Below are positions 28,423 through 39,383 of a DNA stretch of 64,000 nucleotides, in pieces (the stretch's first letter is position 1; each line of letters opens with the position of its first letter). This DNA comes from an uncultured virus (IMG/VR IMGVR_UViG_2061766007_000545) (lineage: Duplodnaviria; Heunggongvirae; Uroviricota; Caudoviricetes): the IMG/VR virus record IMGVR_UViG_2061766007_000545; one strand, written 5' to 3'. The position numbers were made by a program, and so were the translations under genes. Under the pieces are notes generated by a model. It was not told the DNA's origin. It searched no databases and saw nothing but the letters and a program-made list of their open reading frames with translations.

Positions 28423-28756
28423 ACAGAAATTATCTAAACAATCGGAAGAACTTATGCTGATTTTTCAAAAGCTATCCCCGGAGGAGTTAATAGGATTAGC
28501 GAAATTCCTTAATGTTAATATAGGTAGGTTAGATTGTACCGACCAAGAGGGAAATCCCGTAGAACTCGAAGAGGCAATGAAAAGTCCAAAAGATTATAAG
28601 TTCGATCCTAAGTATAAAGAGTTATATGAGCTTTTGACTGATATAACAGTCGCTTTTGAGATGAAGGCGCGCGGTGAACGTAGAGCATTACTTCGAACCC
28701 TTCGTAAACTCCAAAAGCGAAAGGAGGACATTGATGGGACTCAAACCGAAGATTAA
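28415..28756 (+). CDS. hypothetical protein
   Basis: RBS AGGAGA; overlaps neighbours. Confidence 0.65.
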   Translation: MSEQKLSKQSEELMLIFQKLSPEELIGLAKFLNVNIGRLDCTDQEGNPVELEEAMKSPKDYKFDPKYKELYELLTDITVAFEMKARGERRALLRTLRKLQKRKEDIDGTQTED

Positions 28757-29696
28757 AAAGGCTTTTACTCTAAAGGATTGCGCCTATTGCGGTGGTACGT
28801 TTGGACCGGATTACTTTCTTCCGGTTCAATCAATTTTCTATCCTGATGGATACGCACCTATTTGCTTTGACTGCGCCGACCGCTATATCGCGGAGGGAGG
28901 CCCTGAGAAAGAATGGGACAATGTTGATAAGCTTTGTCAAATGCTTGATATTCCTTTTATTCCTGCGAGATGGATTGAGATTAGGGATATGAATAGCAAT
29001 GGTGCTTTTGGACGATATGCGGCTATATTTAAGGAAGAGAAGTATACCGGGATTGGCTGGGGTGAGTATTACAAGCATTTTAAAGAGTTAAGAGAAAGTA
29101 GTAGATTAGAGGAAGAATTACCTGGACTAAAGGAAGAAAAGCGCAGAAAACTTGTTGAGCGCTGGGGCGGGAATTATGATGATGAGGCNNNNNNNNNNNN
29201 NNNNNNNNNNNNNNNNNNNNNNNNNNNNNNNNNNNNNNNNNNNNNNNNNNNNNNNNNNNNNNNNNNNNNNNNNNNNNNNNNNNNNNNNNNNNNNNNNNNN
29301 NNNNNNNNNNNNNNNNNNNNNNNNNNNNNNNNNNNNNNNNNNNNNNNNNNNNNNNNNNNNNNNNNNNNNNNNNNNNNNNNNNNNNNNNNNNNNNNNNNNN
29401 NNNNNNNNNNNNNNNNNNNNNNNNNTGTGACTAGAGATGTCGTTGATGAAACGATTAAGAATATGCAGTCATTTAATCAGAGACTTTATATTAATGAGAA
29501 TGGAATTGGAGAATCTATTACTGATCGTATTGAGAAACTTAAGTACGCAGAACAAGCAGCAGATAGTTCTCTTCATTTCTTAGATAATGAATATGATATT
29601 TCGACCTATGATACTGCGGGGTATAATGAATTAATTAAAGAGGACTTTGTGGCTGACGTAGACAGCGCGCCCTCGTTGGATGATAGTGATGGCTAA
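28734..29696 (+). CDS. putative terminase small subunit with N-terminal Zn finger (gapped)
   Basis: CAYCG/CFDC motifs; directly upstream of TerL. Confidence 0.55.
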   Translation: MGLKPKIKKAFTLKDCAYCGGTFGPDYFLPVQSIFYPDGYAPICFDCADRYIAEGGPEKEWDNVDKLCQMLDIPFIPARWIEIRDMNSNGAFGRYAAIFKEEKYTGIGWGEYYKHFKELRESSRLEEELPGLKEEKRRKLVERWGGNYDDEXXXXXXXXXXXXXXXXXXXXXXXXXXXXXXXXXXXXXXXXXXXXXXXXXXXXXXXXXXXXXXXXXXXXXXXXXXXXXXXXVTRDVVDETIKNMQSFNQRLYINENGIGESITDRIEKLKYAEQAADSSLHFLDNEYDISTYDTAGYNELIKEDFVADVDSAPSLDDSDG

Positions 29697-31485
29697 TACA
29701 TTACCCGATATTAATACCTCTTATTTAAAGAGTAGAGTTGAAAGTACTATACGCGGTTCACGCGATGGCGTTGAAATTGAGAAAGGAGTTATAGTTAATG
29801 AAGATTGGATGAAAGGAAATTTCGATAAGGTTGGAGATTTATTCTCTTTCTTTACCGCTTATCCCGATTTATTTCTTGATCTTATTACTCCCTCTGATAG
29901 TGGAATACATTTATTCTTCTATCAGAGAATTTTCTTGCGCGCCGCCATGCGATTTCAGAAAGTTTATATTACTGCGTGTCGTGCGTACTCTAAGTCTTTC
30001 TTAACAATTCTTGCTTTGATACTCCAATGTATTTTTATTCCTGGTCGAAAGGTTTTCATTTGTGCGCCTAATAAATCTCAGGGTGCGCAAATTGCTCGTG
30101 AAAAAATTTATGAGATTTATCGTATGTGGCCCCTACTTCGAAAAGAAGTCGTGGGTTGTGAATTATCGGATACGCCCGGTAATTTTGGTAAAGACTATGT
30201 TACTTTAGTATTTAAGAATGGAAGTCAATTTGATGTAGTAGGTGCTTTGAATAGTACACTTGGTGGACGTAGACATGGTGGTCTTCTTGATGAGATTAAG
30301 CTTCATGATGAAGAAGAAATTAACACAATTGTATTACCTCTTCTAAACGTTTCTCGTCGTCAGCCGGATGGTACTGTTAATGAGCGTGAGCCGAACCAAC
30401 AGGTAATATGCGCGACATCAGCATGGCTTAAGACATCGTTTGCTTATGCGAAACTTATTGACTTTTTCCAACTTTCAATTATCTTTCCAAAACAAGCATT
30501 TGTATTTGGATGTGATTATAGAGTACCTCTACTCCATGGACTTATCTCTCGTTCTTATATTAATGAGCTAAAGACTTCTCCTTCTTTTAATGAGATTTCT
30601 TTTGCAACAGAGTATCTAAGTCTTTGGCAGGGCGCATCTGCAGATTCTTGGTTTAATTACGAACGTCTTGCGCGCTATCGTAAAATTAAAAATCCTGATA
30701 CGCACGCAAAATTTAAAGGGAATCCTAATTTATTTTACTTATTATCAGCGGATATTGGACGTATTCATGACCAAACCGTTGTTACAGTCTTTAGAGTAAA
30801 TGTTGATTCTAGTGGAATCTATCATTCTACTGTGGTAAATATCATAGTACTTGGACGCACGGCAGAAACGCGTACTTTCTTCCGTCAAGCGATTGACTTA
30901 AAGAAATTAATACGTGATTTTGAGCCTCGTGAGGTCGTAATTGATACAAATGGTCTTGGTGTAGGTTTTGGTGAAGAAATGACAAAATCTCAAAAAGATC
31001 CTTTTACCGGCGAGGTATTTCCTGCGTATGGTTTTAAGAATGATGAAGATTTTAAAAAGACTCAACCGAAAGATGCTATTCAGATTCTTTATGGAATTAA
31101 AGCAAATAGTACTCTAAAACCTAAAATTCAAAGTAATTCTTACACTCAGATAAATAGTGGAAAGGTTAATTTCCTTATTTCCGAACAAGAAGCTAAGAGT
31201 GCCTTACTTGCAACGAAACAAGGAAATCAAATGAGTGTTGAGAAAAGAATTCAGCGATTAATGCCTCATGAAATGACTTCTCGTCTTTTTGATGAAATGC
31301 TCAATCTGCGTTTAAAGAAAATCGGTGTAGGAACTGATATTGCACTTGAACCTATTAATACGCGGTATCCAGATGATAAGTATTATTCTTTTGCATATGG
31401 GTTATGGCGCATCAAAGAGCTTGAAGATGAGCAAAGTTCGCGCATGAAGAAAAAAGTAAAACGCACTCTTATCTTTTATAATTAA
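29689..31485 (+). CDS. terL: terminase large subunit
   Basis: Walker A-like ACRAYSKS, Walker B GLLDE, motif III ATSA, nuclease ADIGR and DDKYY. Confidence 0.9.
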   Translation: MANTLPDINTSYLKSRVESTIRGSRDGVEIEKGVIVNEDWMKGNFDKVGDLFSFFTAYPDLFLDLITPSDSGIHLFFYQRIFLRAAMRFQKVYITACRAYSKSFLTILALILQCIFIPGRKVFICAPNKSQGAQIAREKIYEIYRMWPLLRKEVVGCELSDTPGNFGKDYVTLVFKNGSQFDVVGALNSTLGGRRHGGLLDEIKLHDEEEINTIVLPLLNVSRRQPDGTVNEREPNQQVICATSAWLKTSFAYAKLIDFFQLSIIFPKQAFVFGCDYRVPLLHGLISRSYINELKTSPSFNEISFATEYLSLWQGASADSWFNYERLARYRKIKNPDTHAKFKGNPNLFYLLSADIGRIHDQTVVTVFRVNVDSSGIYHSTVVNIIVLGRTAETRTFFRQAIDLKKLIRDFEPREVVIDTNGLGVGFGEEMTKSQKDPFTGEVFPAYGFKNDEDFKKTQPKDAIQILYGIKANSTLKPKIQSNSYTQINSGKVNFLISEQEAKSALLATKQGNQMSVEKRIQRLMPHEMTSRLFDEMLNLRLKKIGVGTDIALEPINTRYPDDKYYSFAYGLWRIKELEDEQSSRMKKKVKRTLIFYN

Positions 31486-31499
31486 GGAGGAATTGAATC

Positions 31500-33035
31500 G
31501 TGGAAGAAAAAACTCAAGAGGTTACAACTCAAGAGACTTCGAGAAATTTTGATCTCACCTCCTTTACACGAGCTAAGGAAAAGATGGTGTCCACAAACCA
31601 AACTTCTGATTCTGTCAGTACTTTGGGTGGACGCTATTCTTGGTCCGTTAGGTATAGAAAAACCTATACACCGGAAGAGATTCGTGACATAGTTGAAGAA
31701 GGTTCTATTCAAGCAAAACGCTTATTATCTAATTACTTTTTTGAAACTAATGGCTATTATCGTCAAATCATTCTTTCTTACGTCAATCTTTTGAAGTATT
31801 CAGGTATCCTGATACCCAATCCAACAAATGGTAAGAAACTCTCCAATTCTAGCATTTCCAAAAGATACTATGGCGCAATTAATTATGAAGAGATGATGAA
31901 GCTGCCATCTTTTTATGCTAATTGCATAAAGAATATACTTGTTAATGGAGTATATTATGGTTTAATAATTAGTAAAGATAAATCTAGTTTTGTTTGTGTA
32001 GATTTACCTTATGAGTATTGTCGTACTCGCTATCAAGATCCTTTTGGTAATGACTTAGTTGAGTTTAATGTACAGTACTTTGATACGATTATGTGTCCTG
32101 AAGATAGAGAATTAACCTTAAAACTCTATCCGAAAGTAGTTGTAAAAGCTTATAGGGATAAGAAGAGAGTAAACCCTTGGGTTGTATTACCAATGGGAGT
32201 AGGAGTTTGTTTCTTACTCTTTGATGGAACCCCTATATTCCTTCCAATGCTTCTCGATATTTTAGACTACGAGGATGCAATGGATGACCAAAAAGCGAGA
32301 GATAAAGAAGAAATTAGTAAAATTATCGTTCAAAAAGTACCTCATCTTACGGACGGTCAATTCCTTTTGGAACCGGACGAAGTTGCTGAGTTACACGCTG
32401 GTGCTGTTGGAATGCTGAAAGGTAATCCGCACCTTAGTGTACTTAGTACCTATGCGGATGTTGATGCGATTGTCTCTAAGACAACCAACGACAATAAAGC
32501 CGCAATATTAGAGAGATATGAAAAGAATATCTACGTACAAGGCGCCGTAAGTCCTCAACTCTTTGCTTCAACTAGTAGTTCTACTCTTGATGCTTCTCAA
32601 AGAGTTATGCTTGGCTTTATGATGTTAATTGCGCGCAAGATTGATAATTTTATTTCCTACTTTATTGATAACTTTTTTGGAAATGGAAACGTAACGTTCA
32701 AGTATGAAACATTACCGGTGGCTTATTTTAATGAAGATAAGTTTATCACTAACTCTTATAAACTTGCCAGTTCTGGTTATAGTTTTCTTTTACCGGCTCT
32801 TGCTATGGGTATCAGTCAAAGAGACCTTTCTAGTATTAAGGACCTTGAGAATAATATATTGCAATTAAGCGATATAATGATACCTCTGCAAAGTTCTTAT
32901 GTTCAAGGAAATGGTAGTTCTAATTCATCTGAAAAAGGTGAAGTAGGGCGCCCAGCACTTGAAGAAGAAGAAAAATCTGAAAAGACTATTGCAAACGAAG
33001 AGTCTATTGATAACCAAGCGGGAGGAAATCAATAA
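31500..33035 (+). CDS. portal protein
   Basis: Position after TerL, 511 aa, C-terminal GRP acidic tail. Confidence 0.75.
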   Translation: MEEKTQEVTTQETSRNFDLTSFTRAKEKMVSTNQTSDSVSTLGGRYSWSVRYRKTYTPEEIRDIVEEGSIQAKRLLSNYFFETNGYYRQIILSYVNLLKYSGILIPNPTNGKKLSNSSISKRYYGAINYEEMMKLPSFYANCIKNILVNGVYYGLIISKDKSSFVCVDLPYEYCRTRYQDPFGNDLVEFNVQYFDTIMCPEDRELTLKLYPKVVVKAYRDKKRVNPWVVLPMGVGVCFLLFDGTPIFLPMLLDILDYEDAMDDQKARDKEEISKIIVQKVPHLTDGQFLLEPDEVAELHAGAVGMLKGNPHLSVLSTYADVDAIVSKTTNDNKAAILERYEKNIYVQGAVSPQLFASTSSSTLDASQRVMLGFMMLIARKIDNFISYFIDNFFGNGNVTFKYETLPVAYFNEDKFITNSYKLASSGYSFLLPALAMGISQRDLSSIKDLENNILQLSDIMIPLQSSYVQGNGSSNSSEKGEVGRPALEEEEKSEKTIANEESIDNQAGGNQ

Positions 33036-34295
33036 ATGGAAAAACAAGCTATTACTCAATTTTCCGTCACTCCTTATGGTGAACCTACGAAGTTTGATGA
33101 TACTAAATCACTCGGTAGATGCCGTATCTTCTATAGAGGTAAGAATAGAAACTTCTCATATATTTCTGATGAATTTGCTGAGAAGTTAATTAGTACTTTG
33201 CCTTACACACCTGTTAAGGGGATTTACAATGAAGAAGACAAAGATTTTGCTGCTCATTCTATTCCTAGTGAAGGTCGTATTTATGGTGTCGTACCTGAGA
33301 AGAACAACTTCCGTTGGGAAAAACATCTTGACGATGATGGAATTGAGAGAGAATATGCCTGCGTAGATGTTATCTACTATACTGGTATTTATGAAGAAGC
33401 AAGCGAAATTAATACTAAAGCACAGTCCATGGAACTTTACCGCCCTTCTATTCAGGGTTCTTGGAAAGTTATTGACGGAGAGGAATATTTCGTCTTCGAA
33501 GATGCAAGTTTCTTAGGACTCCAGGTTTTAGGTGAAAAGGTTGAGCCTTGCTTTGAAGGAGCTTCTTTCTTCGCTCTTTATGAAGATTTAATTAAGAAGA
33601 TTGAAGAGAAAGAAAAAGAAGTAGAGCAATACACAGAAGCTTCAACAGAGGAAACTCCTACTGAAGAGACAGAAAAAGTAGAAGAAGAGAATAAGGGAGA
33701 GGTTGAGGAAGAAGTTACGGAAGCACCTGAGGCTGACGCTGAAGTTGCGCCCGAAGCCTCTGAAGAGACCGAACCTGAAACTCCTGTAGAAGACGTAACA
33801 GAAGACGCGCCTTCTGCGTCTGAAGAAAAAGTAGAAGAAGTAGAAGAAACTTCTGATGGAAATGTCGCAGAAGCAGAAAGTGGTGAAAATTTTAGCACAA
33901 AAATTTCTGAGTTGGAAACAACTATTTCTACTTTAACTATGGAAAGAGATAATGCGTTCTCTAAAATCACAGAACTTGAGGGTAAGATTCAAGAGCTTAC
34001 TGGTTTATGCGAAACATTATCTACTTACAAGAAAAATATTGAGGATACAAAGAAATTAGCTATCATTAATGAGTACGCAGACAAATTATCGGAGGAGGTT
34101 CTTGAAAGGTATCGTAGTAATCTCGATGCTTATTCAGAAAATGACCTCGATATGCATCTGTTTTACGAGATGAAGAAAGCTACTCCCAATATCTTTTCTG
34201 CAAACGATTCGACTATTTCTCTTATTCCAAAGTCGAATCAAAGCTCTGAAAAAAGTTCTATTGAACGTATCTTAGACAGATACGAGAAACATTAA
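33036..34295 (+). CDS. prohead protease/scaffold protein
   Basis: GKNRNFSYI, QSMEL, LGEKVEPCFEGA N-domain; acidic coiled-coil C-half. Confidence 0.75.
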   Translation: MEKQAITQFSVTPYGEPTKFDDTKSLGRCRIFYRGKNRNFSYISDEFAEKLISTLPYTPVKGIYNEEDKDFAAHSIPSEGRIYGVVPEKNNFRWEKHLDDDGIEREYACVDVIYYTGIYEEASEINTKAQSMELYRPSIQGSWKVIDGEEYFVFEDASFLGLQVLGEKVEPCFEGASFFALYEDLIKKIEEKEKEVEQYTEASTEETPTEETEKVEEENKGEVEEEVTEAPEADAEVAPEASEETEPETPVEDVTEDAPSASEEKVEEVEETSDGNVAEAESGENFSTKISELETTISTLTMERDNAFSKITELEGKIQELTGLCETLSTYKKNIEDTKKLAIINEYADKLSEEVLERYRSNLDAYSENDLDMHLFYEMKKATPNIFSANDSTISLIPKSNQSSEKSSIERILDRYEKH

Positions 34296-34310
34296 TTGGA
34301 GGATATTGAT

Positions 34311-34862
34311 ATGGCTCTTACAAGACTTACGATTGACGGCTATGGTCAGATCGAACTGAACCAGGTCGCTTTCCGTCGTGACGGTCGTATTGAGGCTCAG
34401 TGCAAGATTAATTCTACAATTACTTCTTCACCGGGGTATGTAGAAAATGGTATGCTTCTTGCAGTTGATAAGGCAAACGGAACTGTTGGTTATCCTGCTT
34501 CCAATGCTGGTCTTATTGGTCTGAACTATACGACTGAGCATATGTATGATGAAAGAGATGTCTTTGCGTTGAAGAAGTTTAAGCTTGATGCTGGTACTTT
34601 CTTCCCTCGTATTGGATATCTTGCTACAGGTGATCGTTTCACCACTAACTGTATCGCTTATGATACTACTGCTTACGCTACTGAAGCTGCTCTGAAGACT
34701 GCTCTTGCTGGTGCTGCCACTACTGCTGTATATGGTCAGCCTTGCGCGAATGGTGCTATTCAGATTGTTGCTTCAAAGCCTACTGGCGCAGTTGTACTTC
34801 AGGTTGTTAAGGCTACTACAATGCCTGATGGTCAGTACGCTGTTAAGTTCGTTGTACTATAA
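34311..34862 (+). CDS. putative head decoration/minor capsid protein
   Basis: Between scaffold and capsid gene; VENGMLLAVD; codon bias typical of high expression. Confidence 0.6.
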   Translation: MALTRLTIDGYGQIELNQVAFRRDGRIEAQCKINSTITSSPGYVENGMLLAVDKANGTVGYPASNAGLIGLNYTTEHMYDERDVFALKKFKLDAGTFFPRIGYLATGDRFTTNCIAYDTTAYATEAALKTALAGAATTAVYGQPCANGAIQIVASKPTGAVVLQVVKATTMPDGQYAVKFVVL

Positions 34863-34882
34863 TTTAAGGGGAGGAAAAAGCA

Positions 34883-35962
34883 ATGACAAAAGATGAACTT
34901 AGAGTACTTGTAAGTCATGCTCTTAAAAAGACCGCTCCTGAGAATTATTCTGTAACGAGCGTTAATGCGGCTGTTGCCGATGCTATTTCAAGCATGACAA
35001 AGAATTATAATGATTTTCAGAAGAATAAGTACGATATCTTCCAGATCATTATGGAAAATGCCGAAGAAATCATTCCTGCAAAGGTTATGGATGCTTTCGG
35101 TGCATTTGCAGAAGTTTTAAATGTTGCAAATGGTGTTAAGCCTATGTTCAAGAAAGGTCGTCTTGGTCGCCAGCGCGCTAAGAAGTTCTTGACTCAGGTT
35201 GGTCTTACTGGTGTTTATGAGTCCTTCCGTCTTGATAGTGAGACATTCACTATTGGTATGAAGGCAATTGGTGGCGCCGTTTCGATCGATTTCGATCGTA
35301 TGAGAGATGGTGCTGAATCTATCGCTGAGTTCCTTGATGTTCTTGTTGAGGCTCAGATTGATGCAATTTATAGCGAAGTTCAGGCTGCTCTTATGGCTGC
35401 TGTTTCTAACGCTAATATGCCTGCTCGTAATAAGGTTTCCGGTTCTTATAGCGCTACTGCTCTTCAGAACATGGTTAATACCGTAAAGGCTTATGGCAAT
35501 GGAGATGCTGTTATCTTCGCTTCTCCGGAATTCGTAGATGCTATGGGTCCGGACGCTATTGTTCCTGCTATTGCTAGCGCTGCTCAGGCTGTTTACCCTC
35601 AGGACGATATTAATTCTATCCATACTACTGGATACATTAAGCTCTTCCGTGGTACGCCGGTTATCACTTTCCGTCAGTCTTTCCTTGACGAGAAGAATGA
35701 GCAGAAGCTTATCAATCCTCAGTACGCTTACGTTCTTCCTTCCGGTAGTGAGAAGGTTGTAAAGATTGTAAGAGAGGGTGGTACAGATATTTGGGATTAC
35801 ACAAATCCTGATCGTTCTGTTGAGATCAATACCCAGACTAAGATTGGTGTAGCAATTCTTGCTTACAATAACTGGGGCGTATATCAGAATACTGGTATCA
35901 CAATTCCTGGTACTAATGATATCAACGCTTGGTACGATGGAGCTATGGGACTTGGTATTTAA
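34883..35962 (+). CDS. major capsid protein
   Basis: 359 aa, position, strong codon bias, followed by a hairpin at ~35977-36008. Confidence 0.8.
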   Translation: MTKDELRVLVSHALKKTAPENYSVTSVNAAVADAISSMTKNYNDFQKNKYDIFQIIMENAEEIIPAKVMDAFGAFAEVLNVANGVKPMFKKGRLGRQRAKKFLTQVGLTGVYESFRLDSETFTIGMKAIGGAVSIDFDRMRDGAESIAEFLDVLVEAQIDAIYSEVQAALMAAVSNANMPARNKVSGSYSATALQNMVNTVKAYGNGDAVIFASPEFVDAMGPDAIVPAIASAAQAVYPQDDINSIHTTGYIKLFRGTPVITFRQSFLDEKNEQKLINPQYAYVLPSGSEKVVKIVREGGTDIWDYTNPDRSVEINTQTKIGVAILAYNNWGVYQNTGITIPGTNDINAWYDGAMGLGI

Positions 35963-36053
35963 TTACTAGTTACCTTTGAGGGAGAGGGGATTATCCCTCT
36001 CCCTCTTAATATTTTAAAAAATGCCCAAAGGGTGAGTAAAAGGAGAATAAATC

Positions 36054-36527
36054 ATGAAAGAAGGTATGATTACCGTTGAGAGCTGCACCGATCGCACGCT
36101 CGTTATTTACAATCAGTATGTTAATAAGACTTGGATGGGTAAAGGTCAGAAGTTCTATGTTGATAGAGACAATCTAGAACAGGCTTATTACGATCCGGCA
36201 GTAGAGTATCTGTTTAAACAGGGATTCCTTACTACAGATGATAAGACATTTATGGAAGATGTTGGACTTATTCAGCCTGGAAAGACTGAGTCGATAGTAG
36301 TAAAGCTTGATAATAATTATCTTAATAGACTTATTAAACTTATGCCGTTAAATGAGTTTAAGGAAGAGATTAAGAAACTTACTAAAGCGCAGATGGAAGA
36401 CCTTGCTGATTATGCTATTGAACATTATACCGACCTTAAGAATGATAGAATTGATATTCTTTCTAAGGCTGCGGGTAGAGATATATTAAAGGCTATTTCG
36501 AACTATAAGGATTCGAAGGAGGGCTAA
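36054..36527 (+). CDS. virion-module hypothetical protein
   Basis: RBS AAGGAGA; gene order. Confidence 0.65.
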   Translation: MKEGMITVESCTDRTLVIYNQYVNKTWMGKGQKFYVDRDNLEQAYYDPAVEYLFKQGFLTTDDKTFMEDVGLIQPGKTESIVVKLDNNYLNRLIKLMPLNEFKEEIKKLTKAQMEDLADYAIEHYTDLKNDRIDILSKAAGRDILKAISNYKDSKEG

Positions 36528-36528
36528 T

Positions 36529-36969
36529 ATGACTCCTTATTCTAAAATATACGAGGCTTTTCTTTCAAAAATCCTCGAAGATGAATGGGGTAATTGGACA
36601 CAAGCTGAAATGGAAGCAGACCTTTATCAGATTATGTGCGCCGCACTCCCATATTTTAAATTTCCTCGTGTATCTTTAGAAGATCGAGACGAGGTGGAAT
36701 GTTGTTTCAATGACGACCTCAGTAATGAAGAAATACAAATTATTGCCAATTATATGAAGTGTGAGTGGCTTAATAGAAGTATTATGACATGGGAGAACAT
36801 TCGTCCTATGTATGCAGAAAAAGACTTCTCTCCTGCGAACTTATTGGATAAGTTAAAACAGTCTCTAGAGTATGAGCGTAAGAACGCCCTTAAAGTAGAA
36901 AGTTATTATTATCGTTCTATTAAAGGAAAGCCTTACGACTATACAAAGTTTGGTACTCGCGTTGAATAA
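36529..36969 (+). CDS. putative head-tail adaptor
   Basis: Gene order and size. Confidence 0.55.
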   Translation: MTPYSKIYEAFLSKILEDEWGNWTQAEMEADLYQIMCAALPYFKFPRVSLEDRDEVECCFNDDLSNEEIQIIANYMKCEWLNRSIMTWENIRPMYAEKDFSPANLLDKLKQSLEYERKNALKVESYYYRSIKGKPYDYTKFGTRVE

Positions 36970-37225
36970 AGAAGTTCGTGAGGCTTATTACAATAAGTTT
37001 AAGAATAAACTCTTTGGAGTTTTATGCGAAAGAGAAAATAATGGTGAGTGGATTAAATTTCTTGATAGTATCCTTATTGAATTAATGGGATACCCTGAGG
37101 AATATCGTTCTATTAATTACTATATTTTGTTTTCAAAATTGTCTTCTCTAAAATACTTAAGTTATGAGTATTTTAGAAAGACAATCTTTGATTGTATGAA
37201 TTTGGTAGGTAAGGAGTATGAGTGA
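36950..37225 (+). CDS. hypothetical protein (start uncertain)
   Basis: Fills gap in operon. Confidence 0.55.
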   Translation: MVLALNKEVREAYYNKFKNKLFGVLCERENNGEWIKFLDSILIELMGYPEEYRSINYYILFSKLSSLKYLSYEYFRKTIFDCMNLVGKEYE

Positions 37226-37961
37226 TTATAATACTTATTTCCAACGATTGAATCGTAATGGATACGATTATCAGACAAGAATTCAATCCAATCGTGAAAA
37301 ACACTTCGATTTGTATTTATTGCGTTCAGTTTACCGAGTGGATTTTATGTATAATGGTAATTTGATACCCGGTAGCCTTGAGCGTAATACTGAGGATGAA
37401 ACACAAACAACAGCCTATCTTTTGCTTCGTACCAAGGATGTAATTCCGCCAGGAATCATACTTGAGATACCAGACTTTACAAAGAATGAAAATGTTCATT
37501 GGATGGTTTGGACAATGCTTGAACGCCAAGCAAAAGGTTATAATAAATATAAAGTTCTAAAAATGAATTATGAACTTACATGGCGCGCCCTCGACGGAAC
37601 GATGCATACGCAGTGGGTTCATTTTAGAGGACTTAATACAGAGCCAATTCGGGATAAGGTTAAATCTGCTACGGCTACAACCGGTCATACTATTTATCTC
37701 GAAAGTATGAATCTTCATATGTTTATTACTCAGTTTAATCCAAAAATTGAGAGAGATTGTTATTTTGAAATTAAAAAGGATACAGTAACTCTTGCTTATT
37801 GGATTACTGAGATAGATATTGTATCTACCGAAGGTGTGTGCTATGCTTCTGTAGATCAAAGACATAAGATTGATTTTAGTGAGCCGCCTACCCAAACTAA
37901 CCAAGATAATCCTGATGATTATTTTTGGCTTAATGGAGGTGTAGACAATGGCAGTACGTAA
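37218..37961 (+). CDS. putative head closure protein
   Basis: Gene order; beta-rich. Confidence 0.5.
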   Translation: MSDYNTYFQRLNRNGYDYQTRIQSNREKHFDLYLLRSVYRVDFMYNGNLIPGSLERNTEDETQTTAYLLLRTKDVIPPGIILEIPDFTKNENVHWMVWTMLERQAKGYNKYKVLKMNYELTWRALDGTMHTQWVHFRGLNTEPIRDKVKSATATTGHTIYLESMNLHMFITQFNPKIERDCYFEIKKDTVTLAYWITEIDIVSTEGVCYASVDQRHKIDFSEPPTQTNQDNPDDYFWLNGGVDNGST

Positions 37962-38439
37962 TTGTAAAGAAATAGGAGAAAATCTTCAGAAAATTGTAAT
38001 GAGATTAATGGCGAATGATCGTTTAATTAATCTCCTTTACTATACTGATAAAGATCCTCTTTCAAAACCTCATTTATCCGATGAAGAAAAAAGAACAGAA
38101 ATTTATGATAAACTCATAAAGATTATTCCACGCGTTGGAGCTGATGAGACGGCGCGTTCAATAATTGCAATTCGTGCGATGGATGGTATACGACTTGAAG
38201 ATAATGGTGAGTTTAAAATTGTTAATATTTCCGTTGAAGTTTTTTGTCCTTTAAGTCAGTGGGTTATAAAGGATACAAATCTTAGACCTTTTTTAATTCT
38301 TGGAGAAATTCAAGAATCTCTTGAAGATAAGAAAGTTAATGGTTTGGGTAAGATTCAAGGTGGCGATTTTACTCTTAGCTTTTTAACCGAAGAGATTTCT
38401 TGTTATGAGATGACATTCCAAATCATTTCCTATGATTAA
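37948..38439 (+). CDS. putative tail terminator/completion protein
   Basis: Gene order and size. Confidence 0.5.
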   Translation: MAVRNCKEIGENLQKIVMRLMANDRLINLLYYTDKDPLSKPHLSDEEKRTEIYDKLIKIIPRVGADETARSIIAIRAMDGIRLEDNGEFKIVNISVEVFCPLSQWVIKDTNLRPFLILGEIQESLEDKKVNGLGKIQGGDFTLSFLTEEISCYEMTFQIISYD

Positions 38440-39360
38440 TGCATCTGCTTTTATTTGTGAGCCACTATTATATAAAAAGGATTGTTACATCTATCCACCT
38501 ACTGTGAAAGAAGTAACAAAAGATCCATTTTTTACACAATATCTCAAAATACTCACAATAACTCAAGAAGACCTAAATGATTTATTTGAGGATAAAGCGG
38601 TGGAAGGTCAGAAAGTACCTACTCCTTTTGCTTTCATGTTCGGAAATTATTTAGTAAACGAGCAAGTGCGTGCGATTACAGAAAAGGCTTTTGAGTTCTT
38701 TTTACATCAAAAAGTAACCTTTATTGTAAAAGCGGAAGTTGTGATTATTGGANNNNNNNNNNAATGGAAGGTCAGAAAATACCTACTCCTTTTGCTTTTA
38801 TGTTCGGAAATTATTTAGTAAACGAGCAAGTGCGCGCGATTACAGAAAAGGCTTTTGAGTTCTTTCTACATCAAAAAGTAACCTTTATTGTAAAAGCGGA
38901 AGTTGTGATTATTGGAGATATAAATGAAGTAGCGAATAAGATTGAAACCATAGATGATTTAGTTTATCTAAATAATGAAAATTTCTTTGAGTTTCAAAAT
39001 CTTATTCGATTAAGTATAGGCGAAGATAAAGTGGAACCCTACGTCGAAAAAATCGACGAGGATCCACGGGTTCGCGCATTAAAAGCAAAATTCCGAAAGA
39101 ATCGGAAGATAGTTGCCCAAGTAAAAGCCAAAACAGGTCAAAGTTTATCTTTTGAATCTAGTTTGGTAGCAATTTGTTGTATGGGAATTGGTTTAAATCC
39201 ACTTAATATTGGAGAGATAAGCTATGCGTCTCTAGGTCCACTTATTCAAATGTATCAGCGTAAAGAAAAATACGATATTGATATACGAAGTATCTTAGCG
39301 GGCGCAGATGCTAAAAAGATTAAACCAGAGTATTGGATTGGAAACTTAAACAAAAATTAA
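38432..39360 (+). CDS. virion-module protein (allele duplication at gap 38753)
   Basis: Two ORF pieces overlap in sequence. Confidence 0.6.
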
Positions 39361-39383
39361 CTTTTTAGGGAGGTCGCTTTAAT